From a virus: a stretch of DNA of 64,000 nucleotides. The stretch covers positions 1 to 64,000 of the IMG/VR virus record IMGVR_UViG_3300036832_001166. One strand, 5' to 3'. Below the pieces are notes generated by a model. It saw nothing but the letters and a program-made list of their open reading frames with translations. It had not been told where the DNA came from and did not search any database. Every line of letters begins with the position of its first letter. The stretch's first letter is position 1. Below are positions 17,418 through 26,458 of the stretch, one piece after another. A program made the translations under genes and the position numbers.

Positions 17418-18113
17418 ATGCGCAAGGTCATCGCAGTGGGGGCGAGCTTTGGAGCTTGTCTCGTAGTTGCTTCATCGGCGTTCGCAGCGCCACCCGGGCC
17501 ACCGCCCGGTCTCAACAGCGGACCTCCGGCTCCGATCGTCGCGCCGTTCGCGCCCGGCAACGGGGCCGACGGCGTCTCGGCGTCAGCGCCGATGACGTTG
17601 CAGTGCGGCCACAGCCCGGCGATGGACGCCGCTGTCGCCGTCAACCCGCCAGCCAACGCGGCGGCACTGCAGGCGCTGTGCCGTCAAACGCACGCACCGG
17701 GACCACCAGCAATGACTACCGCGTTGCGGAGTCGTAGGCACCGCACAGACGGGCGCTTTCACAAGTACACGCCCAGCCTGTGCGGTAACGCCGGATGCGC
17801 TTACATCTGGCTCTACAACCTGCACAACAGCTACGCAGAAGCAGAGTACGAGGCGGCTCCCAGCAGGGGATCGGTGCAGAGCGGGACGGCGTACTTCACC
17901 CGCTACACGCAGTCCAACAACAGCTATGCCGCGTGGAGCGACAGCATGGCGAGCAACTGCGGCGTGTCGTGGTGCGGCTACCGCTACCTCTATCCCATCG
18001 CCAACACGTCGAACTCCTGGGTCCACGTCAACGGCTCGGGCACGGCGGTCCTCACTGTCGGGTTCGCCAGTTGGGGGCCGGTGGATACCTGGAACTACAT
18101 CACGCACGGCTAG
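17418..18113 (+). CDS. Secreted hypothetical protein, Pro-rich linker and Cys/aromatic-rich C-terminal domain
   Basis: Signal peptide MRKVIAVGASFGACLVVASSAFA; GGAAGGGG RBS. Confidence 0.65.
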   Translation: MRKVIAVGASFGACLVVASSAFAAPPGPPPGLNSGPPAPIVAPFAPGNGADGVSASAPMTLQCGHSPAMDAAVAVNPPANAAALQALCRQTHAPGPPAMTTALRSRRHRTDGRFHKYTPSLCGNAGCAYIWLYNLHNSYAEAEYEAAPSRGSVQSGTAYFTRYTQSNNSYAAWSDSMASNCGVSWCGYRYLYPIANTSNSWVHVNGSGTAVLTVGFASWGPVDTWNYITHG

Positions 18114-18412
18114 CGCAATGCAGTCCCAGCCGCCCGATCAGCGACGCCCGCCCAACACGGAGGGTGAGCGCTGGTATCGCAAGGTGATCAGGTTCCTCGC
18201 CTACGTGGCGGGCCTGATCGGGGGCGCGGGCGGATGAGCAGCAGCTCACGCAGCCTGGCCGCGTGGCGAGTCAAGATCGTGATAGGGGTCATCATCGCCT
18301 TCATCGTGATCTTCGCCTTGCTGTATCTCCTCGGAGGCAGCAGTAGCGGCTGAGAGGAAGCTGGGGCGGGTCCGCATGACGCGGGCCCGCCTCAACCCGC
18401 GAAAGGAAGCAT

Positions 18413-18757
18413 ATGGCCGACCTGTCCAGGAGACGTAACCCCTGCCCGTCATGTCCGTGGCGGGTCGATCAGCACGCCGACACGATCCCCGGCTTCGGGC
18501 TGGAGCTGGCGGAGAAGCTGACCGCGACGCTGTCTGATCAGCTCGGCGCGCCGATGATGGCCTGCCACGGCTCCAAGACCGACCGCGAGGTGATCTGCGT
18601 CGGCTGGCTGTGGCGCTACGGATGGGATTCGATCGGCGTCCGGCTGAAGCTCCTGCGCGGCGACCTGCAGCCCGAGGATCTGGAGCCCGATCCCGGCATC
18701 GAGCTGCACGCTGACTTCGACGAGTTCATCGCGAAGCTCCGCGCGGACTTTGAGTGA
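18413..18757 (+). CDS. Cys-rich phage protein (recalled as DUF6283-like, unverified)
   Basis: PCPSCPWR.D...MACH...ICVGWL pattern; AAAGGAAG RBS. Confidence 0.6.
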   Translation: MADLSRRRNPCPSCPWRVDQHADTIPGFGLELAEKLTATLSDQLGAPMMACHGSKTDREVICVGWLWRYGWDSIGVRLKLLRGDLQPEDLEPDPGIELHADFDEFIAKLRADFE

Positions 18758-19022
18758 CCGCCGTCTAGGCTCGCCCGTCGTGACCGACGACATCAAGCGC
18801 TACGAGCAGGCGATGCTGTGGCGTTCACAGGCGCTGCCGTTCATGCGCCTGAGCCTGGAGCAGCTCTACCGGGCGCGGGACGCGTGCCCGATGACGGGGC
18901 CGACGATGGAGCGCCGGAAGATCGAGCAGGCGATCAAGCTTGCGCGCGCCGCGTTGAAGGAGTGCGAGAACAATCTGGTGGTCGCCCGCCGAATGGTTGA
19001 CCGGCAGACGAAGGGCGCATGA
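18750..19022 (+). CDS. Hypothetical protein
   Basis: 90 aa, overlap coupling. Confidence 0.5.
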   Translation: MSDRRLGSPVVTDDIKRYEQAMLWRSQALPFMRLSLEQLYRARDACPMTGPTMERRKIEQAIKLARAALKECENNLVVARRMVDRQTKGA

Positions 19023-19035
19023 CGTGTGCTAGGGT
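19013..19035 (+). promoter_or_regulatory. Operator copy plus -10 box
   Basis: GGGCGCATGACGTGTGCTA with -10 TAGGGT. Confidence 0.6.
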
Positions 19036-19043
19036 GAGGGGCG

Positions 19044-19481
19044 ATGGACGACCGAGGAGAAGCGTACGAGGTCACCGACCGCGGCTTCCGGCACTACAAG
19101 CCGATCGAGACCGGCTACGGCCACCAGGTGTCCGTCTACGAGTCATCCTCGGCGGCCGAGCCAGCGATCTGGCTCAACATCGGGCCGGGACAGACGGCGG
19201 GCGGGACCGCGCACATGAACTTTGACCAGGCGCGGCGGCTGATCGCCACGCTCACAGCCGCCATCGAAGGGCACTACCAGACGCGGGGCGAGCCTGCGAC
19301 CGACGATGACAAGTCCTGGGTGATCGAGTTCGATGAGCACTTCAACGTGATGCGCGTCTACCGCGCCGCGTGTGGCGTGGCCGACTCGATGGGCCCGGAG
19401 CTGACATCGCCCGCGGAGGTCGGCGCGCTGATCGACGACCTGCGCGAGAACGCCGTCCGCTACTTCGGAGCGGCTCGATGA
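19044..19481 (+). CDS. Hypothetical protein
   Basis: T.RGF..Y.PI...YG..V.VYESS.A...IWL pattern, familiar from actinophage proteins. Confidence 0.65.
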   Translation: MDDRGEAYEVTDRGFRHYKPIETGYGHQVSVYESSSAAEPAIWLNIGPGQTAGGTAHMNFDQARRLIATLTAAIEGHYQTRGEPATDDDKSWVIEFDEHFNVMRVYRAACGVADSMGPELTSPAEVGALIDDLRENAVRYFGAAR

Positions 19482-19723
19482 GCGAGATGCAGATCACCCT
19501 GCCCGACGGGACGACGCTCACCTTCAGCCTCGCGATGACGCTCGGGCGCCTGCGTACCGAGCATGGCGTCGACAAGACGCATTGGCACCTCAACGATTGC
19601 GGTTGCTGCGTGACGCTGCACGCGCCGGTCGGCAGCTACCTGATCGGCTCAGACGGCGAGGCGGACTTCTTCCCCGGCCAGCACTGTGGCTGCGGCGCCG
19701 ACGTGACCGGCCAGACCCGATGA
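19478..19723 (+). CDS. Cys/His-rich hypothetical protein
   Basis: HLNDCGCC..H and HCGC motifs. Confidence 0.55.
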   Translation: MSEMQITLPDGTTLTFSLAMTLGRLRTEHGVDKTHWHLNDCGCCVTLHAPVGSYLIGSDGEADFFPGQHCGCGADVTGQTR

Positions 19724-19950
19724 GTCAGCGCACCTTCCAGTTGCTGTGGTGCGAGCGGTGCGGCCACGCCGACGACGAGCTGCGCCCGGCGCGGCTTCCC
19801 GACTTCGCGCTCGCGTCCGGGCCGCTGGTCTGCACGAGCTGTAACGAGCCGCTGACCCTCCTCGACTGCCAAGTGGCGACCGGAGGTTTGCGCGACCGCA
19901 GCAGCGGGCGCTGGACCTGGAGTCCTCAGGACTTGGCGACGGTCCGATGA
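19720..19950 (+). CDS. Zn-ribbon hypothetical protein
   Basis: WCERCG and VCTSCN motifs. Confidence 0.55.
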   Translation: MSQRTFQLLWCERCGHADDELRPARLPDFALASGPLVCTSCNEPLTLLDCQVATGGLRDRSSGRWTWSPQDLATVR

Positions 19951-20144
19951 TCATCAAGATTGAGACCTGGATCTACGCCGACGTCAAGGACACCGACCAG
20001 GCCGAGGAGGCCTGCCACGCGCTCATGCACCTGGACGGCCAGATCAACCGCGGCTTCCCGCACGGCGAGATCATCGACACCGACGTCGACCACTACGAGG
20101 TCGTCTCCGCCGACGAGATCGCCGAGCGGGGCCTGGAGGAGTAG
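19947..20144 (+). CDS. Small acidic hypothetical protein
   Basis: ATGA overlap. Confidence 0.6.
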   Translation: MIIKIETWIYADVKDTDQAEEACHALMHLDGQINRGFPHGEIIDTDVDHYEVVSADEIAERGLEE

Positions 20145-20248
20145 TGGGTCAGATCCTGGTCGGCGTGATCGCTGGCCTGACGGTCCTGGTCGCGGTCGGC
20201 TTCGGCGTCGCCGCCTGGCAGGTGTGGAAGGACAAGGACGGGCTGTGA
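20144..20248 (+). CDS. Single-TM micro-protein
   Basis: 34 aa read by hand, coupled at both ends. Confidence 0.45.
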   Translation: MGQILVGVIAGLTVLVAVGFGVAAWQVWKDKDGL

Positions 20249-20760
20249 CCGCCGCCGTCGCGCTGATCAACCCGAAGTTCCCGCGCAACGTCGGCAACGC
20301 GCTCCGCGCCTGCTCGAACTTCGGAGCGCGCTACTGCGCGTGGACGCCGGACCGCGTCGAGGCGCCGGAGGACTGGCCGTCCGGCGAGCGTCTGCCGCGC
20401 GAGGAGCGCATGCGCCTGTACGAGGACGTCACCGTGATCACGCACAGCCGGACGATCATCGTCACCCGGTTCGCCGCGATGGGGTTCACGCCGGTCGCGA
20501 TCGAGGTTCGCGACAGCGCTGAGCGCCTGCCCGAGTTCATCCATCCCGACAGGGCAATCTACGTGTTCGGCCCGGAGGACGCCTCGCTGGACCGCGGGAT
20601 CCTGTCGGCGTGCCACCGGTTCGTCGTTATCCCGGCATCCAACTGCCTAAACCTAGCGGCGGCCGTGAACGTCGTGCTCTATGACCGCGCCGCGAAGGAC
20701 GCTCGCCGGGCGGCGCGGATGCCGCGCGCCACGACCGCCTACATGCGGGCCGAGGGTTGA
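20245..20760 (+). CDS. SpoU/TrmH-family (SPOUT) RNA methyltransferase
   Basis: VALINPKFPRNVGNALRAC..FG; YVFGPEDASL; IP...CLNLAAAVNVVLYDR (SpoU motifs 1-3). Confidence 0.85.
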   Translation: MTAAVALINPKFPRNVGNALRACSNFGARYCAWTPDRVEAPEDWPSGERLPREERMRLYEDVTVITHSRTIIVTRFAAMGFTPVAIEVRDSAERLPEFIHPDRAIYVFGPEDASLDRGILSACHRFVVIPASNCLNLAAAVNVVLYDRAAKDARRAARMPRATTAYMRAEG

Positions 20761-20951
20761 CCGAGCCGCCCACATTCCGGGGGCCCGCGAAGCTGCCGTG
20801 CAAGCTGGAGTGTGATGTCCCGCCGGGCGTGACGATGGTCGAGGTGCCGGTGCCGCGCCATGCCTGGACAGACGTGCTGGTGTGCCCGAATGAGGGCTGC
20901 GGCCGCGCGTGGTTGGTGCGAGGGCGGCCGTTCGCGGACGCTTCTGAGTAG
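20757..20951 (+). CDS. Small Cys-containing hypothetical protein
   Basis: TTGA overlap; CPNEGCGR motif. Confidence 0.5.
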   Translation: MTEPPTFRGPAKLPCKLECDVPPGVTMVEVPVPRHAWTDVLVCPNEGCGRAWLVRGRPFADASE

Positions 20952-20971
20952 CGCACAACTCGTGCTACACT
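20949..20971 (+). promoter_or_regulatory. Operator copy plus -10 box
   Basis: TAGCGCACAACTCGTGCTA with -10 TACACT. Confidence 0.65.
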
Positions 20972-21059
20972 CAACACACATCAGAAGCTAGAAGGCTTCT
21001 GCGGGGGCAGCCCGCCATCCGGCGGGCCCTGAATCAACCAGAAGAAAGGTCTCTCTCAC

Positions 21060-21500
21060 ATGAAGAGGATCATCCTCGCCGTTTCGGCGATCGCAGTGCT
21101 CGCAGTTCCCGCCACCTCGCTGGCGAATGCCGGTAACGGCCGCGTCGTTCAGGGCGGCGGCTCCGCTGGCGTCCCCGAGGTCGGCTACGTGGGCTCAGCC
21201 CAGGGCAACTCCCAGCAGTATTCAGCCACCTACACCGATCCGGTGTTCGGCGGTCCGATCACCTGCACGGGTGCGCACCAGTTCAAGCAGCACCAGGACA
21301 GCTTCACCTGCACGCTCAACGCGGGCTCGGTGTGGAGCAACACTCCCTCCGTCGGGCAGACCGTCTCCTGGAACTCCGACTGGGAGGGCGTTGCCAATCC
21401 GGGCGCAACTCTCAACGGCTCCATGACCATCAAGTCGGTGGGGCTCGACGCCACCGGCAACGTGACCTCGTACACCGGCGTCGCGACGTACACCTCGTAG
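21060..21500 (+). CDS. Secreted beta-rich hypothetical protein
   Basis: Signal peptide MKRIILAVSAIAVLAVPATSLA; own promoter and terminator. Confidence 0.7.
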   Translation: MKRIILAVSAIAVLAVPATSLANAGNGRVVQGGGSAGVPEVGYVGSAQGNSQQYSATYTDPVFGGPITCTGAHQFKQHQDSFTCTLNAGSVWSNTPSVGQTVSWNSDWEGVANPGATLNGSMTIKSVGLDATGNVTSYTGVATYTS

Positions 21501-21562
21501 TCACCAAGCCTCGGTACGGACACCAACCGGCACGGACGCCGATCTAGCACGGAAGCTGGGGC

Positions 21563-21597
21563 AAGGGGGGGTCTCTTCGGAGGCCCCCCTTCTCTTT
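21563..21597 (+). terminator. Intrinsic terminator with UUCG tetraloop
   Basis: AAGGGGGGGTCTC-TTCG-GAGGCCCCCCTT followed by CTCTTT. Confidence 0.65.
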
Positions 21598-21649
21598 GGG
21601 TACCTGGGTACCCAAAGGGTCATAGCTCACGTCCGATGCTCTCTGTAGC

Positions 21650-21946
21650 GTGCCCCGCATGCCGCTATCCGACGAGACCATCAACGAGCTGCCCCAGAAC
21701 GTCATCAACGAGATGGCGATCCTGGAAGACCGCGCGCTGTGCGCCGAAGGCCAGCTCATACAGAAGACCCGGCGGCTTGCCGAGCTGACGGATGAGGTCG
21801 CCAAGCTCCGCGGCGAGATCGGCCTGCTGCTCGACCTCGCCACCACCCTGCAGGAGTTCGCTCAGGCCATCGCCGAGACCGCCCGCATCGAAGCGGCCAG
21901 GGTCGAAGAGCAGCTCCGTCACTTCCTGGTGGTGCAGGCCGGGTGA
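21650..21946 (+). CDS. Coiled-coil hypothetical protein
   Basis: Heptad pattern; start 21650 or 21659. Confidence 0.6.
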   Translation: MPRMPLSDETINELPQNVINEMAILEDRALCAEGQLIQKTRRLAELTDEVAKLRGEIGLLLDLATTLQEFAQAIAETARIEAARVEEQLRHFLVVQAG

Positions 21947-22176
21947 CCGCCACGCTGCGCCTGTTCGTCTCCGAGCGCGACGCCGCCGAGGACCGGCGTC
22001 GCGCCAGGGTCGAGCAGGCGCTGGCGCAGCCGCGCTGCACAAGCTGCGGCCGGTTCGCCCGCGAGTTCTGGTTCGACTCCATCTGCCTGGACTGCATGAC
22101 AGACGAGCGCCCCGCGATCCGGTTCAAGGTGGATCAGGCGCGCCGCTGGTACGCCGCCGTCGGCACATTGCGCTGA
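21943..22176 (+). CDS. Zn-finger hypothetical protein
   Basis: RCTSCG and ICLDC motifs. Confidence 0.55.
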   Translation: MTATLRLFVSERDAAEDRRRARVEQALAQPRCTSCGRFAREFWFDSICLDCMTDERPAIRFKVDQARRWYAAVGTLR

Positions 22177-22212
22177 ACCACCGCCCGGACAGGGGGTTAC
22201 CATGCGCCCCAG

Positions 22213-24999
22213 ATGGACCTCGTCACCATCGCGCGCGAGAACGCGACGCTTCGCGAGGAGTTCCTGCGCCGCGGACTGGTCACGGAGGACCGCCTGAACC
22301 AGCTCGGCTGGGTGTCGCACTCAGACCTTGACCTGTGGCAGGACGCGGGCGTGCTGGAGCTGGGCGTCCGCGGGCTGCAGGAGGCGTGGGGCCATAGCGT
22401 CCCCGGCGGCATCCGCGTCGGCGGCGGCGGCCGCCACGGCGCGTGGGGTCTCGGCGCCCTCAGCGGCGACGTCTTCAACCGACGGATCCTCCGCGGCCGC
22501 GGCGGCAGGTTCGCCGGGAGCATCGGCGGCAAGCAGGTCGCGCCCGGCGAGAAGCACAACCGGCGCATCGCGGCCATCCCGAGCCTGCCGCGCGTCTCAC
22601 GCATCGAGCATCCCGGCGCGAAGGAGGGCGCGCCGATCGCGACGGTCAAGACCCGCCGCGGGATCGGGCCGTCCAAGAAGCTGAAGGTGTACGCCACCCC
22701 AGCGAGCCGCGCTCGGCCGGGGCTGCCCGAGCGGATGAGCGGCGAGCAGGCGCAAGCCGAGTTCGCCAGCCAGGCCGCGCCCGCCATCGGGCATCCCGAG
22801 GAGCTGCACGCGCTCGGGAAGGAGCGTCTCAAGCGCATGGCTGACGCGGAGCACAAGGCCGGTGTCAGCGCCTGGCGCGCCGGGGACGTCGCCGCCGCCA
22901 ACAAGCACCACCGGACCGCGGGCGAGCACATGGCCTCGATCCACAATCCCGACGAGACGCTCAAGGCGGGCACCGCGGAGGTGTACGAGCGGCGCAGCAA
23001 GCGGCTGGAGAAGCGGATCTCGCGCCGGGTCGCGAAGGCCGGGAAGCAGAAGCGCACCCCAGCGGCCCGCCAGCCGCGCGGCGAGCACGACCTGAGCGCC
23101 GCCGAGGTTCACTTCAACGACGCCGGACGCGTCTCGCAGAAGACGCTGCTGGCCTACGTCGAGCAGGCCGCGACCAAGCCGACGACCGCGTCGATGTACC
23201 GCGACGCGAACGGCAACTACCACCCGTCCCGTCAGGCGTTGCACGCGGCGATCATCGACAAGCTGTTCCGCCAGCAGACCGACCAGGGCCTGAGCGGGAC
23301 GGCGCCCGAGCTGAAGCCGCCCGCCGACGGCAAGCCGACCGTGCATTTCACCGGCGGCGGCTACGCCAGCGGCAAGGGCGGCGTCATCAAGCAGCTCAAG
23401 GCGAAGGGCGAATGGCCCGAGGACGCGATGCTGCTCGACCCGGACCTGATCAAGGCGGAGCTGCCCGAGTTCCAGCACGCCGCGATGGACGACCCGGAGG
23501 CGAACCTGCGCGTCTACACCGAGGCGTGGGACATCGCGCAGCAGGCGATGAAGCTGGCGCAGGAGAAGAAGCTGAACGTGGTGGTCGACGGGATCACGAA
23601 CACGAGCCCCGACGAGGTCGCCAAGCGGCTGAAGAGCTTCACCGACGCGGGCTACGTCAACCCGCGGATCAGCTACGTCAGCGTGCCGACCGAGGAGGCG
23701 ATCTCCCGGGCGAGAGCGCGGGCGGAGAAGGCTAAGACCCCGGCGGACCGGCGGATGATCCCGGAGACGATCATGCGGTCCGTCCACCGTGACGTGTCGG
23801 CGACGCTGCCGGGCGTCCTGCAGCGCGCGAAGGAGATGGGCGCGCAGGTGCAGGTGTACGACACCAACCAGGGGCTCGACGAGACGACCGGGCGGCCGAA
23901 CGCGCCGAAGCTGGTGGCCGAGGCGATGCCGAACGGCCACATCCACTACCCGGACCCGGAGGGCTACCAGGCGATCCTGAACAAGGCGCAGGAGACGATC
24001 TCCGGCGTCCCGGACGTGCGGGCACCCGAGCAGGGCGCGTGGCGTACCGGCGGGCAGATCGTGAAGATCGACCCGGGCGTCGAGCGCAAGGTCGGCCAGG
24101 ATCTGATGCGCAGCATGCCGAACGCGGCCGAGCAGAAGCTGCCGCAGCCGACCAGCGATCCCGCTGACCTGCTCAAGATCGCGGAGGAGAAGGGCCTGCC
24201 CGCGTACCGGGCGCTGCTCGATCTCGGCGCGGGGATTGCACAGGCGCTCGGCGGTGACGTTCACGACATCTCGGCGGGCAAGGACTTCAAGCAGGTCGGC
24301 GAGGACATCGCCAGCAACATGAGCAAGCCGCACGTGATCATCGCGCCGGTCAAGAGCATGCGGCGAGCGTTGGAGAAGGCCGCGGCGGACGGCACCCCGA
24401 ACGACTTCTCTCACCTCCACGACGCGGTGCGCGCGACCGTGACCGTCCCGACGGCGCAGGATCTGCCGCACGCCATCGCGACGATCACCAAGGAGGCGGA
24501 GGCGCGCGGCTGGAAGGTGGAGCGCACCAAGGCGCGGCTGCTGAACGCGAAGGGCTCTAACCGGTCGGGCTCCAACGGCTACGGCGACACGACCCTGATC
24601 CTGCGCGCGCCGCCGGAGGCGGGCGGGATGACAGCCGAGCTGCAGATCAACACCAACCCGATGTGGTGGACCAAGGAGGTCGGGCCGGGCCACAAGTACT
24701 ACGAGCTGGAGCGCCAGATCACCGGCCGCGCGATGGCCGAGAAGCGCAAGCCGACGCCGCAGGAGTCCGACCTGGTCGGCAAGATCCAGGAGGCCGCCAA
24801 GCCGCTGTATGACCGCGCGCACGGCGCGTCGCTGAACGGCGGCATCACCGGCAACGCCGGGGACGCCGTGATGGGCAACGAGAGCGATCGCGCGCAGGCG
24901 CAGAGCACCCTCAAAGAGCTGGCTGACCAGACGGCCGGGATGATGGGCGGCCCGCCGACGCCGACGTCGCAGCGTGGCCGCAGGCCGAGGGCGGCGTGA
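22213..24999 (+). CDS. Multidomain protein: N-terminal LQEA/RGRGGRF region, Zeta-toxin-like P-loop kinase, RelA/SpoT-like nucleotidyltransferase
   Basis: FTGGGYASGKG, LDPDLIKAELPEF, NVVVDGIT, ISYVSVPTEEAISRA..RA, RRMIPE (Zeta/PezT-like); VKSMRRALEK, LHDAVRATV, NGYGDT, AELQINT..M, GHKYYE (RelA_SpoT-like). Confidence 0.8.
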   Translation: MDLVTIARENATLREEFLRRGLVTEDRLNQLGWVSHSDLDLWQDAGVLELGVRGLQEAWGHSVPGGIRVGGGGRHGAWGLGALSGDVFNRRILRGRGGRFAGSIGGKQVAPGEKHNRRIAAIPSLPRVSRIEHPGAKEGAPIATVKTRRGIGPSKKLKVYATPASRARPGLPERMSGEQAQAEFASQAAPAIGHPEELHALGKERLKRMADAEHKAGVSAWRAGDVAAANKHHRTAGEHMASIHNPDETLKAGTAEVYERRSKRLEKRISRRVAKAGKQKRTPAARQPRGEHDLSAAEVHFNDAGRVSQKTLLAYVEQAATKPTTASMYRDANGNYHPSRQALHAAIIDKLFRQQTDQGLSGTAPELKPPADGKPTVHFTGGGYASGKGGVIKQLKAKGEWPEDAMLLDPDLIKAELPEFQHAAMDDPEANLRVYTEAWDIAQQAMKLAQEKKLNVVVDGITNTSPDEVAKRLKSFTDAGYVNPRISYVSVPTEEAISRARARAEKAKTPADRRMIPETIMRSVHRDVSATLPGVLQRAKEMGAQVQVYDTNQGLDETTGRPNAPKLVAEAMPNGHIHYPDPEGYQAILNKAQETISGVPDVRAPEQGAWRTGGQIVKIDPGVERKVGQDLMRSMPNAAEQKLPQPTSDPADLLKIAEEKGLPAYRALLDLGAGIAQALGGDVHDISAGKDFKQVGEDIASNMSKPHVIIAPVKSMRRALEKAAADGTPNDFSHLHDAVRATVTVPTAQDLPHAIATITKEAEARGWKVERTKARLLNAKGSNRSGSNGYGDTTLILRAPPEAGGMTAELQINTNPMWWTKEVGPGHKYYELERQITGRAMAEKRKPTPQESDLVGKIQEAAKPLYDRAHGASLNGGITGNAGDAVMGNESDRAQAQSTLKELADQTAGMMGGPPTPTSQRGRRPRAA

Positions 25000-25742
25000 T
25001 GGCACGCGACCCGCTCGTGCCCGCGGATCCCGGCAGCACGCAGGACAGCAGCGTCGACCCGTCGCAGACGATCCCGAACCGCGGCCAGCCGCAGGGCAGC
25101 GACGACTCCGCCTACGACGGCGGCGAGTACGAGTACTGGCTGCGTGACGGCGTCACGCCGTACCGGACGCTCGGCCCGGCCGAGGCCGACGTGTTCTCGC
25201 AGCACGACAACGGCTGGATGATGCAGCACACCGTCGCCCGCGACAGCCTGTGGCCGTCAGGCCCGGGCGAGGTCGCGGGCATGATCGGCGGACGTCACCG
25301 CCTGACCGAGCCGACGAAGGGCGCGGCGCCGCTTGACCCGGGCCCCGGCGAGGACTTCGCGCCGGTCGAGTCGCCTGACTACATGGCCGAGGCCGACTCC
25401 GGCGGCGACCTGCCGCAGCCCGACGATGACGCGACGAACGTGGCGCAGCCGCCGCCGTCCGCGCAGGCCGACGGCCAAGACCTTCCCTCCGGCGGCATGA
25501 CTGAGGAGCAGATCCGCGACGCGGGCCTGCGCATCGACGTGCCGTTCGAGAGTCCGCTACCGGCGGACTTGAAGTACAAGGACACGGGACAGCAGGCGTG
25601 GACTCCGCCGCCGGGGTTCCGCCAAGGCCTGCCCCCGATCGACGACTGGCTCGCGGAGAGGCTTGGGGTGCCGCGAGACCTGGGAACGGAAGGGGCCGAG
25701 GGTGGCAGTGGCAGTGGAGATACCGGGGAGCCTGGCGACTGA
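24996..25742 (+). CDS. Acidic, Pro/Asp/Gly-rich hypothetical protein (immunity/partner candidate)
   Basis: Translationally coupled (GTGA) to the Zeta-RelA/SpoT gene. Confidence 0.65.
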   Translation: MMARDPLVPADPGSTQDSSVDPSQTIPNRGQPQGSDDSAYDGGEYEYWLRDGVTPYRTLGPAEADVFSQHDNGWMMQHTVARDSLWPSGPGEVAGMIGGRHRLTEPTKGAAPLDPGPGEDFAPVESPDYMAEADSGGDLPQPDDDATNVAQPPPSAQADGQDLPSGGMTEEQIRDAGLRIDVPFESPLPADLKYKDTGQQAWTPPPGFRQGLPPIDDWLAERLGVPRDLGTEGAEGGSGSGDTGEPGD

Positions 25743-26037
25743 CTGCCCGCCGGGTCACCCGGACGAGTTCGTGGGACGGCCGGTCAACCCGGCCGAGCAG
25801 ATTCGTGTTCTGCTGGTCCGCAAGAAGCGTCAGGGGATCACGGACTGGGGCCGCGTGTGGCCGTGGGCGGTCGGACGCGTGCGCTGGCCGCATGACCGCG
25901 AGGAGCGTCACGAGTGGAAGCGGACGATCATGTGGGCGGAGGTGGCGTTCCGGTCGGCGTACGAGGGCGAGCACGTCGTGGTGGACATGAGCGCGCTGAT
26001 CATGTTTGAGGTGTCGACGCGGATCGTCGACGCGTAG
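25714..26037 (+). CDS. Trp-rich hypothetical protein
   Basis: W..AW.WA..R.RWPH...R.EW pattern; start inferred at GTG 25714. Confidence 0.55.
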   Translation: MEIPGSLATDCPPGHPDEFVGRPVNPAEQIRVLLVRKKRQGITDWGRVWPWAVGRVRWPHDREERHEWKRTIMWAEVAFRSAYEGEHVVVDMSALIMFEVSTRIVDA

Positions 26038-26092
26038 GGCGCCCCCGGGCCAAGTGTCCATCTCGGTAACCCGGGAGCACCAGCCGCCACCG

Positions 26093-26115
26093 TAGCACAT
26101 ATCGCGTGCTATCCT
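26093..26115 (+). promoter_or_regulatory. Operator copy plus -10 box
   Basis: TAGCACATATCGCGTGCTA with -10 TATCCT. Confidence 0.7.
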
Positions 26116-26143
26116 CGGCAGCAATCGACCGAGGAGAACCAAG

Positions 26144-26458
26144 ATGGCACACGCCTACCACGAATCGCTGTCGGGCTACGACCCGCGCCAGATCCTGTTC
26201 GACGGCTGCCGCGAGTGCGGGCACCGAGGCAAGGACGTCGAGGTTGCGCTCGCGAACATGGACAACGAGACGTTCGCTCGCGCCTGGAAGCGCGCGTATG
26301 ACTGGCAGGCGTCCAGCGGTGGCGGCTACGACGCCACCGGCGATGTGAGCCTGGCCGAGACGGCGGTCCTGAGGGCGCTGTGGGGCGTTCAGGTGCTGCT
26401 GCAGCGCCAGGGCTACACGCTTGACGGCGACCTGCCGCGGCGGGAGATCCGGTTTTGA
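26144..26458 (+). CDS. Hypothetical protein
   Basis: CGACCGAGGAG RBS; DGCRECG motif. Confidence 0.7.
   Translation: MAHAYHESLSGYDPRQILFDGCRECGHRGKDVEVALANMDNETFARAWKRAYDWQASSGGGYDATGDVSLAETAVLRALWGVQVLLQRQGYTLDGDLPRREIRF

Noticed and set aside
22597-25005. Long antisense ORFs (also 35018-36592, 53014-54450, 60712-61794, 5921-7018 and others)
   Set aside because: They are shadows of GC3-biased plus-strand genes, with no RBS and no recognisable motifs.
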